A stretch of DNA of 64,000 bases. Source: a virus. This document shows, piece by piece, positions 8,763 to 19,200 of this stretch; the stretch's first letter is position 1, and each line of letters begins with the position of its first letter. The stretch lies in IMG/VR virus record IMGVR_UViG_3300037424_000830, positions 1 to 64,000 of that record; one strand, given 5' to 3'. Under the pieces are notes generated by a model. The model was not told the DNA's origin and did not search any database. It saw only the letters and a list, made by a program, of their open reading frames with translations. The position numbers were made by a program, and so were the translations under genes.

Positions 8763-8777
8763 TACCTGATACCTAAT
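8757..8777. repeat. Heptamer repeat ACCTGAT ACCTGAT ACCTAAT (stops in three frames)
   Basis: TGA at 8760, TGA at 8767 and TAA at 8774 fall in frames 0, 1 and 2. The first is the stop of the T-extension. Confidence 0.9.
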
Positions 8778-8811
8778 ATAAACAAGCCCTTGAGTGGGAC
8801 GGAGCCGTTTG

Positions 8812-11800
8812 ATGGCAATTAGTTTAGGCGATATCAATTTCGGTCTTGGGGCCGATACGTCTTCACTTGATAGAGCCATCAAACGGCTTCAGTCATTTGG
8901 CACCGAGGTTGATAGAGCTTCGAAGCGGCAGTCTGAGGGATCGCGTAGAATAGAGGCTGACTTACGCAGGCAGGAAGCCGCAATGGTTTCCATGACCAGC
9001 AAAGTCTTGAAGATGAATGACGCTTTTCGCAAGGAAACATTCGGCGAGAAGTATGTTACCGATGCCAACAAAGCTCTCAACTCTTATGTCGCCACGCTCT
9101 CTAAGGGTCAGACTGGTGCTCTCAACTTTCAACGCGCAAACGAAAAGCTCGTAACAGAGCTGCAGCGCTTACAACGCGAGTTCAAGAAAGCTAGTTCTGG
9201 TAGCACTCAAGTCGGTCCAAAGGTATCCGATATAATCAAGCTTGAGACCACTCTTGCAGGTGTTACCCGCAAAGTCCAAGATATGAACGCTGCCTTCGCC
9301 AGGCATCCCAAAGGCGCAAAGTTTATCGACGAAGCAACAGCAGCACTTAAACGCTTTGAGGCGCAAACAGCGCATACTCAAGTCAAGCCGTTAGACTTCA
9401 GTCGTTTCCACAACCAACTCAGGAATGATCTAGCGAGAGTCCAACGTGAGTTTCGCAACGCTAAACTTGCCCCAACCATTGATACGCAAGGTCTCACAAA
9501 GTTCCAGAAAGCTCTTGTAACGATCCGGGAGTCATCACAACTCACTTTTGGTCCACTAAGCGGTGTTGGATATCGTATCGGTCTTTTCACAAGTATCTTG
9601 GACGAAGGTGGTTCTAAAGGGTTAGCATTTGCTGCGGGTGTTGCAGCAGGTGGATACGCTATCTACCAGATAGGAAAGAAATCGCTCACAGCGGGTGTTG
9701 AGCTTCAAAAGATCAACACTATATTCCAGACTGTTTCTGAAAGCCAAATTCAAGCACTGCAATCGCTTGGACGAGTTGGTAAGTTGGCATTTGAAACTGG
9801 TGGTGATATTTCATCGCTGGCTACAATGCTTGCCAATCTTGAGTCATCGACGAAAGGTACAGCAATTGCCGGTGCAAAGACATTCCAGATCTTTGAGTCA
9901 ATTGTTAAAGCTGGAGCAAAGTTACAACTTCCAGCACAAAAGATCGAGCTCGCTTTACTAGCAATTGAGCAGATGGCTTCGAAGGGTACAGTCACTCTCG
10001 AGGAAATGAAGAGGCAGTTAGGCGACCAGTTGCCTGGAGCGATGCAGATAGGTGCTCGAGCTTGGGCAAAGCTGAGCGGTCAAGTCGGTCAAAGCTCGCA
10101 AGAGATGTCGGCTGCATTCTTAGCGGCCTTAAAAGATGGCCAAGTGATATCTGAAGTCTTTCTACCTGCTCTACAAGAAGAAATCGACAAAACATTCAAC
10201 AATGCACAGAACCAGAAGATCGATAACTTCACTGCAGCTCTAGGGCGTGCTAAACAAGGGTCCTTCTTACTCTGGGGTGAGATAGACAGAGGTACCGGAG
10301 TTACTAGTACTGCAACCAAAGCTCTAGACGGCTTCGCAAACGGTCTACTCCTTCTAGCAAAAGGAATGCGCGCAATTACGGGAGCCGGTGGCGAGACAAA
10401 CGATATCCTGATAGCTATAGAACAAGGTGTTCAAGGTAACACTGACGGTTGGGTAGCTTCTTCAAAGGCATTGGATGAGTACATCAATAAGCAAGGCAAA
10501 TTTGAAGCCGCGAGCAAAAAGGTTACAGAGAACTTCCTGCGACAAGTTGCACAACGTCGACTTGCTCTTGAAACAGAGCTTGAAGAAGCGCAGCGTCGAC
10601 TTGACACAATGGAGACCGTTCACGACATTGATCCGTTCAATCTCCTTACTAAAGCGCTCAATGCAGTTTTCGGGGTTGAATGGAATCTCAATGTCAACAA
10701 CAAACCGTTGGATGAAGCTCGTGTCAAAGTTGAAGAGCTCTCTAAAGCTATCAAAGAGCAGTTAAGGCTTACCGAAGAGCTCCAGAAAGTCTGGCAAAAA
10801 CAAGAACTGGCAATACCGCAAGCGGATACCACATTTGGTGGTGCACGCCTCTTACAAGAATTCCCGAACATAAACACTCGCGATATTGCTGTCAATGCGC
10901 GAAACCAACCCGACTCACCACTCTTTGAATCAGGCGAGAAGTTTGGCGCGCCATCTAAGAACATTGAAGATGTGCGCGAATCAATTGAGGTTATGGATAG
11001 GAAGAGTCGAGAGATCTTAGCTGAAATCAACAACGCTTTCGGTCCCGACTTTATTGATCTCGAAGAGCTTGACGACGCCTACAAGAAACTAACTGAAGTT
11101 AGGACTGCAGCAGAAAAGCTTCGCAGCACTACAGTCAATCCCAAAGTTTCAGATCTTTCACCTCTTATTGAGAAGCTACACGACGCCCGCTTGGAGTTCC
11201 AAGATCTCGTCGATATGATGCAATATGCGATGGAGGAAGAGGGTTCTAACGTCCCGCCCAGTTGGATTGTGGCGATGGACCTTCTCAAGCTGAATGCGGG
11301 CAACGCACAAAAGGAGTTCGAAGGGTTAAAAAATTCCTTTGGAGATGCAACAGTTAACATTGCAAGAGACGCAACTCGTCTCCACGATAAACTGAGCGCA
11401 ACGGAAGTTACTGATATTGTAGGCAAGTTGAACGCTGGGGAACTCCAAGGGTCTACTAGTCGGGTTGATCGCCTTGCTGAGTCTGTAGGCAAGCTGTTTG
11501 AGAACCTTGAGCAACTTAATGATGCAACACTCGCTGGAATTGGTAAGAAGCTTCAGGAAGGCTTTACTAATGCCAAGTTGGATCTGTCTGAAGTCACTGC
11601 TAACATAACTAAGCCAGGAGACATTTCTCACCTTGAAGCGATCATAGAAAAGATTCACGACTACGAATGGGCATTGAACAACTTGAAAGTTGCTTCAACT
11701 ACAAACGTGGACAAATCCTTTATAGACCAACTCGACCAGACTGCAGGTTCTTACACAAAGCTTGGCAATTCTCAGTCTGAATTTGTGAAGCTAGTATCTG

Positions 11801-14094
11801 AGAACCTCGGTGCACCTTCTAAAAACCTTGAAGATATGACTGGTGCAGTTCTTGGACTCACAGCTGCAGAGCGTGAGCTTCTCTTGTCCTTAACAGCATT
11901 CACTAGTGCAGGTATTGAAGCTTCCCCAATTGATGCTGATACCCTATCTTGGGGTCTTGGAGAGTTGGAGAAGGTTAAGAGTGCATTAAACGAAATCCAT
12001 GAACTTAATCGTACAATGCCGACTGACCAACTTGGCGGCATGCTTGAATCACTTGACACTGCTGGAGTAGTTCTCGATGCACTCGAGGCACGCCTCGCAG
12101 GAGCTGTCAAGAGGATGGCGCCCTTCCCTCCGCCAACGGAGCTCATCCAAGCACTAGATATCCTTAAAGCAAAGTCAAAGGAAGTCAGTAGTGCTGGAGA
12201 AGATATTGAAAACACTTTTGGACCTGCTCTAATCAATATTGGCAGAGCTGCAAGTGAACTCGACCACACCTTTGATGCACTTGAAGTGGGGGATATAGTT
12301 CACAAGCTTAATACAGGAGAGATTGAAACATCAACGGGTCTTATCGACAGACTTGCAATTTCGGTAGGTGACCTATACGAAGCCCTCGAACAATATAATG
12401 ACGCTACTCTCGCAGGTATTGGTAAGAAGCTCTCTGAAGGTCTTGTCCAAGCCCAGACAAAACAACAGCAAATTCTCGCAAGCATTAAACAGCCTGGAGA
12501 TATTCTAAGGCTTGAGGATAATATCGCGCTCATTGATAAATACAAGGAGGCTCTAGATCGTCTGAAAGTTGTGTCTCAACTGAATGCAGATAGTGTTCTA
12601 TCACCCGCTGTTGACCAACTTGATCAGACTGCGGCTTCGTATAAAGAAGTATCCGGAGCGATGCAGCCCCTTATTGACGCCCACACCAATCTCAACTCTA
12701 CCATCCAACCGCTTATCGGTAACTACTCTAGCCTTGCAACCAACACTACAGCTCTTTCTGATGCTCAAATTACAGCAAACACTGCGTTGGATATGTATGC
12801 ACAGAAGCTTACGCAGATTAACACGCTTGTAGAAATAGCGTCTCGTGGTGTAGTCACTCTAACCAGCAACATTAGACAGCTTGGTGATTCCAAGTCATAT
12901 GTTGATGCTCTAACTTCTTCGTTCCAAACTCTTGCGACTGCTAGCAATGTAAGCTTTAACACTGCGATTCAGAACCAATCCAAGCTTAACACTTTGCAAC
13001 AGCAGGGCATTGATCTTAATGAACGTGCAAGAGCTTCAACAATTCAGGTTCCACTTGGCGGTGCAGCTGGATCTGATGAGCTAGGTGGTGGAGCTGGAAC
13101 AGACTTCCTCTCAGGAGGAGCTGGTGCTGACGTCCTTAAGACGCAGGTAGATTCTCTTACGACCGGTCTCAAAATCTATACCGACCAAATCACGCAGTCT
13201 AATAACGAGACCATCATTTTCAAGAATAACCTTGGAACGATGTCGGATGTCATCAAAGATACGGAGCTTCTCCCGTCATTCACCTCTCTGACAGAGAGTA
13301 CCAACGCTCTTGATAGCAGTCTTGGACACCTCGGTGGCGCAGAGGGTCTAGGTGCTCTAGATAGTGCATTCGATAGTGCTAACACTGTTGATGTATTCGG
13401 AGAATCGCTGAATGCTACTGGAGTGGCTGTTGATGACACTACAGGTAAAGTCGACAAGCTGCATAACAGTCTTAATAGACTGCAGGAGACAAAAGCTTCT
13501 GTTGAAGCAGCACAGCAGGCTATGCAACAGTTTGCAGATATCGGTGGTCAGGCAATTGGTACTCTAGCAGATACAATCATTGACGACCTTGTCCACACGG
13601 GCACAATCAACTTGGAACATCTGCGCGAGGTGATGTTAGATGTTGCAGCCGATATCTTGAAAGAGATGTTCAGGATGGCTATCCTCAATCCACTTAAGGG
13701 GGCATTGTTTGGCGGCGCTGTTGGTGGAGGTGCTGGTGGTGGAATCTTTGGTGTCCTCTTCGGTGGTGCCGCTCGTAAAGGTATGGTGCTTGATAGCGGT
13801 AATAACCGAACACGCAAGATGCGTCGAGGTGGGATGATCAACTCACGCAAGATCTTCAATACTCCTAGCGGATTGATCGAAGCTGGCGAAGCTGGACGCG
13901 AAGCAATTATGCCACTCTCTCGGAACTCTCGTGGTGATCTAGGTGTACGAGTTAATGATGGTGGAGGTGACAGAGGAAGTAACAGCTTTGTGATGCACAT
14001 CCACACAGCTGATGCACGAGAGCTAGTGCAGAACAAAGCTCAGGTTGCCACTTCTTTCATGAAGCTAATTCGTAAAGGGAGTGCTTACGCATGA
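8812..14094 (+). CDS. Tail tape measure protein
   Basis: About 1760 aa and largely helical. Internal duplication of about 290 aa. Gly-rich hydrophobic stretch near the C-terminus. C-terminal GLIEAGEAGREAIMPL...GDLGV is typical of tape measure proteins. ATG 8812 has GGAG 7 nt upstream; the ORF-track GTG at 8794 is also possible. Confidence 0.85.
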   Translation: MAISLGDINFGLGADTSSLDRAIKRLQSFGTEVDRASKRQSEGSRRIEADLRRQEAAMVSMTSKVLKMNDAFRKETFGEKYVTDANKALNSYVATLSKGQTGALNFQRANEKLVTELQRLQREFKKASSGSTQVGPKVSDIIKLETTLAGVTRKVQDMNAAFARHPKGAKFIDEATAALKRFEAQTAHTQVKPLDFSRFHNQLRNDLARVQREFRNAKLAPTIDTQGLTKFQKALVTIRESSQLTFGPLSGVGYRIGLFTSILDEGGSKGLAFAAGVAAGGYAIYQIGKKSLTAGVELQKINTIFQTVSESQIQALQSLGRVGKLAFETGGDISSLATMLANLESSTKGTAIAGAKTFQIFESIVKAGAKLQLPAQKIELALLAIEQMASKGTVTLEEMKRQLGDQLPGAMQIGARAWAKLSGQVGQSSQEMSAAFLAALKDGQVISEVFLPALQEEIDKTFNNAQNQKIDNFTAALGRAKQGSFLLWGEIDRGTGVTSTATKALDGFANGLLLLAKGMRAITGAGGETNDILIAIEQGVQGNTDGWVASSKALDEYINKQGKFEAASKKVTENFLRQVAQRRLALETELEEAQRRLDTMETVHDIDPFNLLTKALNAVFGVEWNLNVNNKPLDEARVKVEELSKAIKEQLRLTEELQKVWQKQELAIPQADTTFGGARLLQEFPNINTRDIAVNARNQPDSPLFESGEKFGAPSKNIEDVRESIEVMDRKSREILAEINNAFGPDFIDLEELDDAYKKLTEVRTAAEKLRSTTVNPKVSDLSPLIEKLHDARLEFQDLVDMMQYAMEEEGSNVPPSWIVAMDLLKLNAGNAQKEFEGLKNSFGDATVNIARDATRLHDKLSATEVTDIVGKLNAGELQGSTSRVDRLAESVGKLFENLEQLNDATLAGIGKKLQEGFTNAKLDLSEVTANITKPGDISHLEAIIEKIHDYEWALNNLKVASTTNVDKSFIDQLDQTAGSYTKLGNSQSEFVKLVSENLGAPSKNLEDMTGAVLGLTAAERELLLSLTAFTSAGIEASPIDADTLSWGLGELEKVKSALNEIHELNRTMPTDQLGGMLESLDTAGVVLDALEARLAGAVKRMAPFPPPTELIQALDILKAKSKEVSSAGEDIENTFGPALINIGRAASELDHTFDALEVGDIVHKLNTGEIETSTGLIDRLAISVGDLYEALEQYNDATLAGIGKKLSEGLVQAQTKQQQILASIKQPGDILRLEDNIALIDKYKEALDRLKVVSQLNADSVLSPAVDQLDQTAASYKEVSGAMQPLIDAHTNLNSTIQPLIGNYSSLATNTTALSDAQITANTALDMYAQKLTQINTLVEIASRGVVTLTSNIRQLGDSKSYVDALTSSFQTLATASNVSFNTAIQNQSKLNTLQQQGIDLNERARASTIQVPLGGAAGSDELGGGAGTDFLSGGAGADVLKTQVDSLTTGLKIYTDQITQSNNETIIFKNNLGTMSDVIKDTELLPSFTSLTESTNALDSSLGHLGGAEGLGALDSAFDSANTVDVFGESLNATGVAVDDTTGKVDKLHNSLNRLQETKASVEAAQQAMQQFADIGGQAIGTLADTIIDDLVHTGTINLEHLREVMLDVAADILKEMFRMAILNPLKGALFGGAVGGGAGGGIFGVLFGGAARKGMVLDSGNNRTRKMRRGGMINSRKIFNTPSGLIEAGEAGREAIMPLSRNSRGDLGVRVNDGGGDRGSNSFVMHIHTADARELVQNKAQVATSFMKLIRKGSAYA

Positions 14095-14732
14095 GCTTCA
14101 GTGATAACGTAGTCTTCCCTACAGAGATTTCCTATGGTTCGTCTACCTATTTTGGTGGTAGGCAAGTTCGCATTATTTCACTTCCAGGAAGTGAAAAGCG
14201 TCAATCTCGACGTCTCCACTCCATTAGACGCTTTAATGTCAAGTTCGGTATTAAAACAGAGGACCAACTTAACTCTGTTTTGCATATCTGGGAGTCACAC
14301 GGTCAAACAGAAGAAGGGTTCTTATACAAGGATTTTGCTGACTTCAAATCTTGTATTCCTTCTGGTACGATAACACACACTGACCAACAAATAGGTGTTG
14401 GGGACGGCGCTACAACTGTATTCCAGCTGACAAAGGGATTCATTGCTGGTTCGCAAACGTACAGCAAAGTTATCCTTAAACCCAAGGTTGGTACTACTGT
14501 TGTTGGGAAAGATGGCGTCCTCCAAGGTTCTGGCTTTACAATAAGCACTATTCTAGGTACTGTAACATTCTCAGCTGCACCGGCTGGTGGAGTAATTATC
14601 TCAGCAGGCTTCGAATATTATATTCCTGTGCGTTTTGACATCGAAGAGTTTGAAGTCAATTTGAGCCACTTCAAACGTGGTGAGCTCCCCGATATCATGC
14701 TTAAGGAATTGCTGGACCCTAACGATGCGTAA
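14091..14732 (+). CDS. Distal tail protein, DUF2460 family (RcGTA g12-like)
   Basis: N-terminus FPTEISYGSS...GSEKRQSR...FLYKDFADF follows the DUF2460/TIGR02217 pattern. ATGA overlap with the tape measure stop. Confidence 0.65.
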   Translation: MSFSDNVVFPTEISYGSSTYFGGRQVRIISLPGSEKRQSRRLHSIRRFNVKFGIKTEDQLNSVLHIWESHGQTEEGFLYKDFADFKSCIPSGTITHTDQQIGVGDGATTVFQLTKGFIAGSQTYSKVILKPKVGTTVVGKDGVLQGSGFTISTILGTVTFSAAPAGGVIISAGFEYYIPVRFDIEEFEVNLSHFKRGELPDIMLKELLDPNDA

Positions 14733-15825
14733 TATCCTCTCAGGTATGGCGACTTACTTAGCCAACAAGAAGACGCATCGTCTCGCTTTGTGCTTTAGAA
14801 TTATCCCGATTGCGGTGGGTGCATCGCCTATTGGGTACACAATACACGACAAAGACTTAGTCGTGAATATTGGCGATTCATACGGAGCAATTACCTATCT
14901 TGCCAAGTATGTCGAGAAACATTCTGAAGCAGCGCATAACCTAGGTGGGTCATCAGACAATATCGATGTCACAACAGTTCTGTTCAAGGATGACTCACTT
15001 GATGTCCAACAATCGCGCGCGGGATACTTCGATGATGCACGTGTTGACATTCTAGTTGTAAGGTGGGATGATACAACCCAGTATGTCAAATATCTTACAG
15101 GCTTTGCCGGCGAAGTCAATGTAGACGATCAGACAATCACGATAACTTTCCAGGAGCTTACTGGAAAGTTCAACCAGAATATCCTAAGAGAAATCAAGTA
15201 CAATTGCTCTCATGATCTGTTTGATGACCGTCCCAAGAAGTGTCGCGTTGCTAATAACGTATCTGAATGGGTTGCTTCGACTCTGTATGTTACTCGCACT
15301 CCCAAAGACGCAATTGGCGAAGGCACCCGAATTGTTAAGCCAAAAGTTGCAACGCAGGCGAACCCGAAGTACTGGTTTAGGTGTAAAATCGGTGGTACTT
15401 CTGCGGGTTCCGAACCAGCTTGGCCTTCTACTCTGGGTGCAACTATAGTTGACGGTACAGTAACATGGGAAGCTATCTACGCACGGCGTCGAACAGGTAC
15501 TGTAACTACCGTAACCAACAACTCTGAATTCGCTGCTTCAAGCATTGACTTTGCGCTCAACTATGCTACTGCCGGCTACGTTGAGTGGCTCACAGGTAAC
15601 AACGTAGGAGTCAAGACCGACATATTTGAAGATGATGGTGCAGGCAACATCGAACTCTTTATGCCGATGTTCAAGAATATTCAGGTGGGTGACACCTTTA
15701 TAATCTTCGCCGGTTGCGATAAGCTTGCATCAACATGCTTCAACAAATTCTGGAACATATTCAATCATGGAGGCTTTCCGGATGTTCCCGGCTTACTCGA
15801 CTCTCTCCAAATGGGATCGAAGTGA
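14725..15825 (+). CDS. Tail protein, DUF2163 plus BR0599 C-terminal domain (RcGTA g13-like)
   Basis: HRLALCFRI...GYTIHDKDLV near the N-terminus and FNHGGFPDVPG at the C-terminus. ATG 14725 overlaps the upstream stop. Confidence 0.6.
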   Translation: MRNILSGMATYLANKKTHRLALCFRIIPIAVGASPIGYTIHDKDLVVNIGDSYGAITYLAKYVEKHSEAAHNLGGSSDNIDVTTVLFKDDSLDVQQSRAGYFDDARVDILVVRWDDTTQYVKYLTGFAGEVNVDDQTITITFQELTGKFNQNILREIKYNCSHDLFDDRPKKCRVANNVSEWVASTLYVTRTPKDAIGEGTRIVKPKVATQANPKYWFRCKIGGTSAGSEPAWPSTLGATIVDGTVTWEAIYARRRTGTVTTVTNNSEFAASSIDFALNYATAGYVEWLTGNNVGVKTDIFEDDGAGNIELFMPMFKNIQVGDTFIIFAGCDKLASTCFNKFWNIFNHGGFPDVPGLLDSLQMGSK

Positions 15826-16228
15826 TCTGATCACTGAGATTGCAGTTAGTACTCTTGGGAAACCTTGGGTACATCAGGGTGTTGGGCCTGACGCATTTGA
15901 TTGCGTCGGATTGTTGAGGTATGTCGGTATCGCATCAGGTATCTACAGAGAGGATGAGATAGAGAAACCCAGTTATCGGCGTATCCCAAATGGTTTAGAA
16001 TTGCAAAAGCGTCTCTCTAAGTACCTTCGCATGACGGGGAGCCCGATAATTGGCTGCGCTATCACAGTCCAAATGAAGAACGAGCTACTCACGCATGTTG
16101 GAATACTCACCAATGTCGGGTATATTCATTCTTCATTACCCTTGAAAATGGTGGTCTTTGAACCATGGTCTGAACGTTTGTACAACAGTATTCGTGGGTG
16201 CTACTTGTTTGAGAGGCCAACAGTCTAA
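15782..16228 (+). CDS. NlpC/P60-family cell wall peptidase (RcGTA g14-like)
   Basis: Catalytic-type motifs FDCVGLLRYV (Cys) and LTHVGIL (His). GGAGG lies 8 nt before ATG 15782; alternative start at 15767. Confidence 0.65.
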   Translation: MFPAYSTLSKWDRSDLITEIAVSTLGKPWVHQGVGPDAFDCVGLLRYVGIASGIYREDEIEKPSYRRIPNGLELQKRLSKYLRMTGSPIIGCAITVQMKNELLTHVGILTNVGYIHSSLPLKMVVFEPWSERLYNSIRGCYLFERPTV

Positions 16229-19200
16229 TGGCGATTCTAGGGTTAGCGATTGGTGGTGGTGCAGGAACAGGATTCGTTGCGAATCTTGTGCTTAGTGCTG
16301 GCTTAATCGGGCTATCCTTTTTACTCCCCAGACCCAAGATCGAGGGTCCGAGGCTCGACTCTATTAAAGTTACTGCTGACTCTGTCGGCCAAGCTATTCC
16401 GAAAGTGTGGGGACGCGCACCGATAACTGGGCGTTTAACCTGGATCAAAGACAATGAGCTCCAGGAGGTAAAGGAAACTGAGTCGGGCAAAGGTGGCGGT
16501 CCAACAACTGTTACATGGCTTTACTTCGCGACATTTATGTGTGTCTGCTGTGACAACGAACTATTCGCGTTTGAGAGAATCTGGTTCGACGAACACCTTG
16601 TATATAACATCAACAACGATAGCGGTCCTGTTCTAGGCGAAGGCTTAGACATGACGATCTATCTTGGAACCGACGATCAAGAGCCTGATCCCCTTATGGT
16701 TTCGATTCTTGGCGAGGAAAGAGTTCCAGGGTATCGTGGTGTAGCTCATATTGTAGTAAACAACTACAATCTGGAAAAGCATGGAAACAGAATCCCGAAT
16801 ATTCGCTTTACTACGATCGAACGTGGCACTGCAGACTCTAATATCTACCCATTCGCTGCTCAAGGTTCATCGTTGGCTGTTGACAAGGATCGTAACCTTG
16901 TGTACAGTTGGGTTAACAATCTCGATGGTACCGGCACTCTCTCTTCATGGAACCTTTTTAGCGGAGCATTAGTCGACACGCTTCTCATAACTGTTCCAAG
17001 CGGTACTCAAAATGGCGTGACTCTTTCAACAGATGGTGGTACCGTCTATTTAGGTGGTGGTTCTGGTGGTGCTCCTGGCGAGAATACTGTAGGAGCATCT
17101 GTCGACACTGGTGGAGTATTTATCAACCTTACTACACCCAATGGCTCCATATCACTCAATCACCATGGAGTAGGCTTCTCTCAATATGGTTTTACAGTAA
17201 TAGGGGGCCAAGTAACAGGTTTCTCATTTGCTGATGGGGATGCTACTAAATGGGCCGTAGTAACAAACCTTCTCCAATCAAGTCTCACAGTTGAACTTAG
17301 AAGAGCACATTGTATTGACGTAAGCTTCCACTTCTGGTTTAGCACTGTTGCAGACTATACCGTTAGTAAGGTTCATATCCCAACACTGATTACTGCGGCG
17401 GTAGCAGCAGATCCAACTACGCACTCTATTGACGCTGTACCATATGTGATAACATACTCTCTAGGCACACTCACTGGAGGTCTCACACAACCAAGAATTC
17501 TGTTTGGTGATTACTCTGAGTCTCTAGGACTTATGTGTTGGATCATTTTTGATGCACCAACAGGTAAACACTACGCGCTCAAGACTGACACGAACATGAA
17601 TCTTGTTGCATTCACTGAGATTATGTCTTCAAGCCTTGAAGCTGTAAACTCTCCAAATGTAAGGCTCTCGAATAACCAGGTCGCAATCCAGTCAAGTTCC
17701 TCGACAGCTTACATCTGGAATTTCAACACCATGACGAAGTACATGGATTTCTCCAGTGGCGTTAGCGTTAATTCGTTTTCACCTTATTGGCTTGCTGATA
17801 AGGGTATTATTGTGTATCCAGGATACGGCGGGTCTAATATCGTCGACCTCTTTGGCGCTACACCCACTGAAGTCCCTATTAGTGACATCCTCACAGATAT
17901 GAGCACCTTTGTGGGTATCCCTTCGGCACGAATAGATACCACGCTAATTAACTCCAACCACAAGGTCAATGGCTACTTTATCGATTCTCAATCGGCTATG
18001 CGTGACTCTTTGGATGATGTCAGTCTAATCTGGTTAGTTGACGTTTGCGACGATGGCGATAAACTCAAGTTCATTACACGTGGAAACAACCAAAGTCTGA
18101 GTATCTCTGAAGGTTTTCTTAGACCTGGTGAAAACGAGATAGCTGACAATATTTCAACTGAGAATATGTTGCCTCCTTATACTATTCCAAAGTCAATGAC
18201 GCTGGAACATTACGACCCGCAGAATCGTTTGGAGAAGAGTATTCAGGGTCCTATATCGCGTCCAGCAGTTGTAGTACCCGCCGAGGATCTTATAAAGGTC
18301 TCAACTCGCTGTGTGATGACGCCAAGCAAAGCTGCTCAACAAATGGAGAAGATCTTCAGGGCTTCATGGCGTAAACGCTTCTCGTATACTCTGCCACTGG
18401 ATTATACCTTGATGAGACTTCATCCAGGAGATGTGTTGATCTTTCCGAAGAATGGCGAACTTGTAACGATGCTGATCGATTCTATTCGATCTGACCTAGC
18501 ATTATTCCAGCTCGAAGGGTCAATGGAAGATCTTGCGAGATACGAATCTGATGCTGTGGGTATATCTGGAGGGCATTCGGAAGACATTTTATCGACATAC
18601 GCCAAGACTTTATTCTACTTCCTTGACACACATGCTCTTCGCGAAGAGGATGTCAATCAGCAGTTCTACACAGCGGCTTATCCAGCGTCTATAGCTGCAA
18701 TATGGAGTGGCGCGTCATTCTACCGTTCAACTGACGGCTCGTCGTTTGCTTTCTGGGTAAACACTGATGACAAAGCTATTACAGGTAAGGCTCAAGATGT
18801 CTTGGGGACACATCCTTACTACGAACTCATTGATGAGGTGAACACAGTTACGATATACATCCCTGACACCACTTTTACTCCTGAGTCTGTCGACCTTGCA
18901 ACCTTCATGTCGGATATTCAAATCAATCCTCTTATGCTTCAGTCCAATGGAACAAGTGAGTACGAACTAATCCGGTATAGGACTGTCACCAGTCTTGGTG
19001 GGAATCTTTGGCGGCTCTCTAATCTGAAACGGGGACAACGTGGTACTGAACAGTTTATGACTCATGCAATTAACGACCTTGCGTTCTTCCCTTCACCAAC
19101 CACAATGGATCGCATAGGTGAAGTAGCAGACGTTAATCTCTTGCGGTATTACAAAGCTGTTACTTGGGGTGCTCAACTATCTTCTGCAGCTTCAACATCG

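Noticed and set aside
8889-14036. Many 60-165 aa antisense ORFs within the tape measure gene (for example 11772-12269 and 13548-14036)
   Set aside because: These are typical artefacts of a long Ala/Leu/Glu-rich gene with few antisense stops. None has initiation signals. The sense frame is continuous and has tape measure hallmarks.
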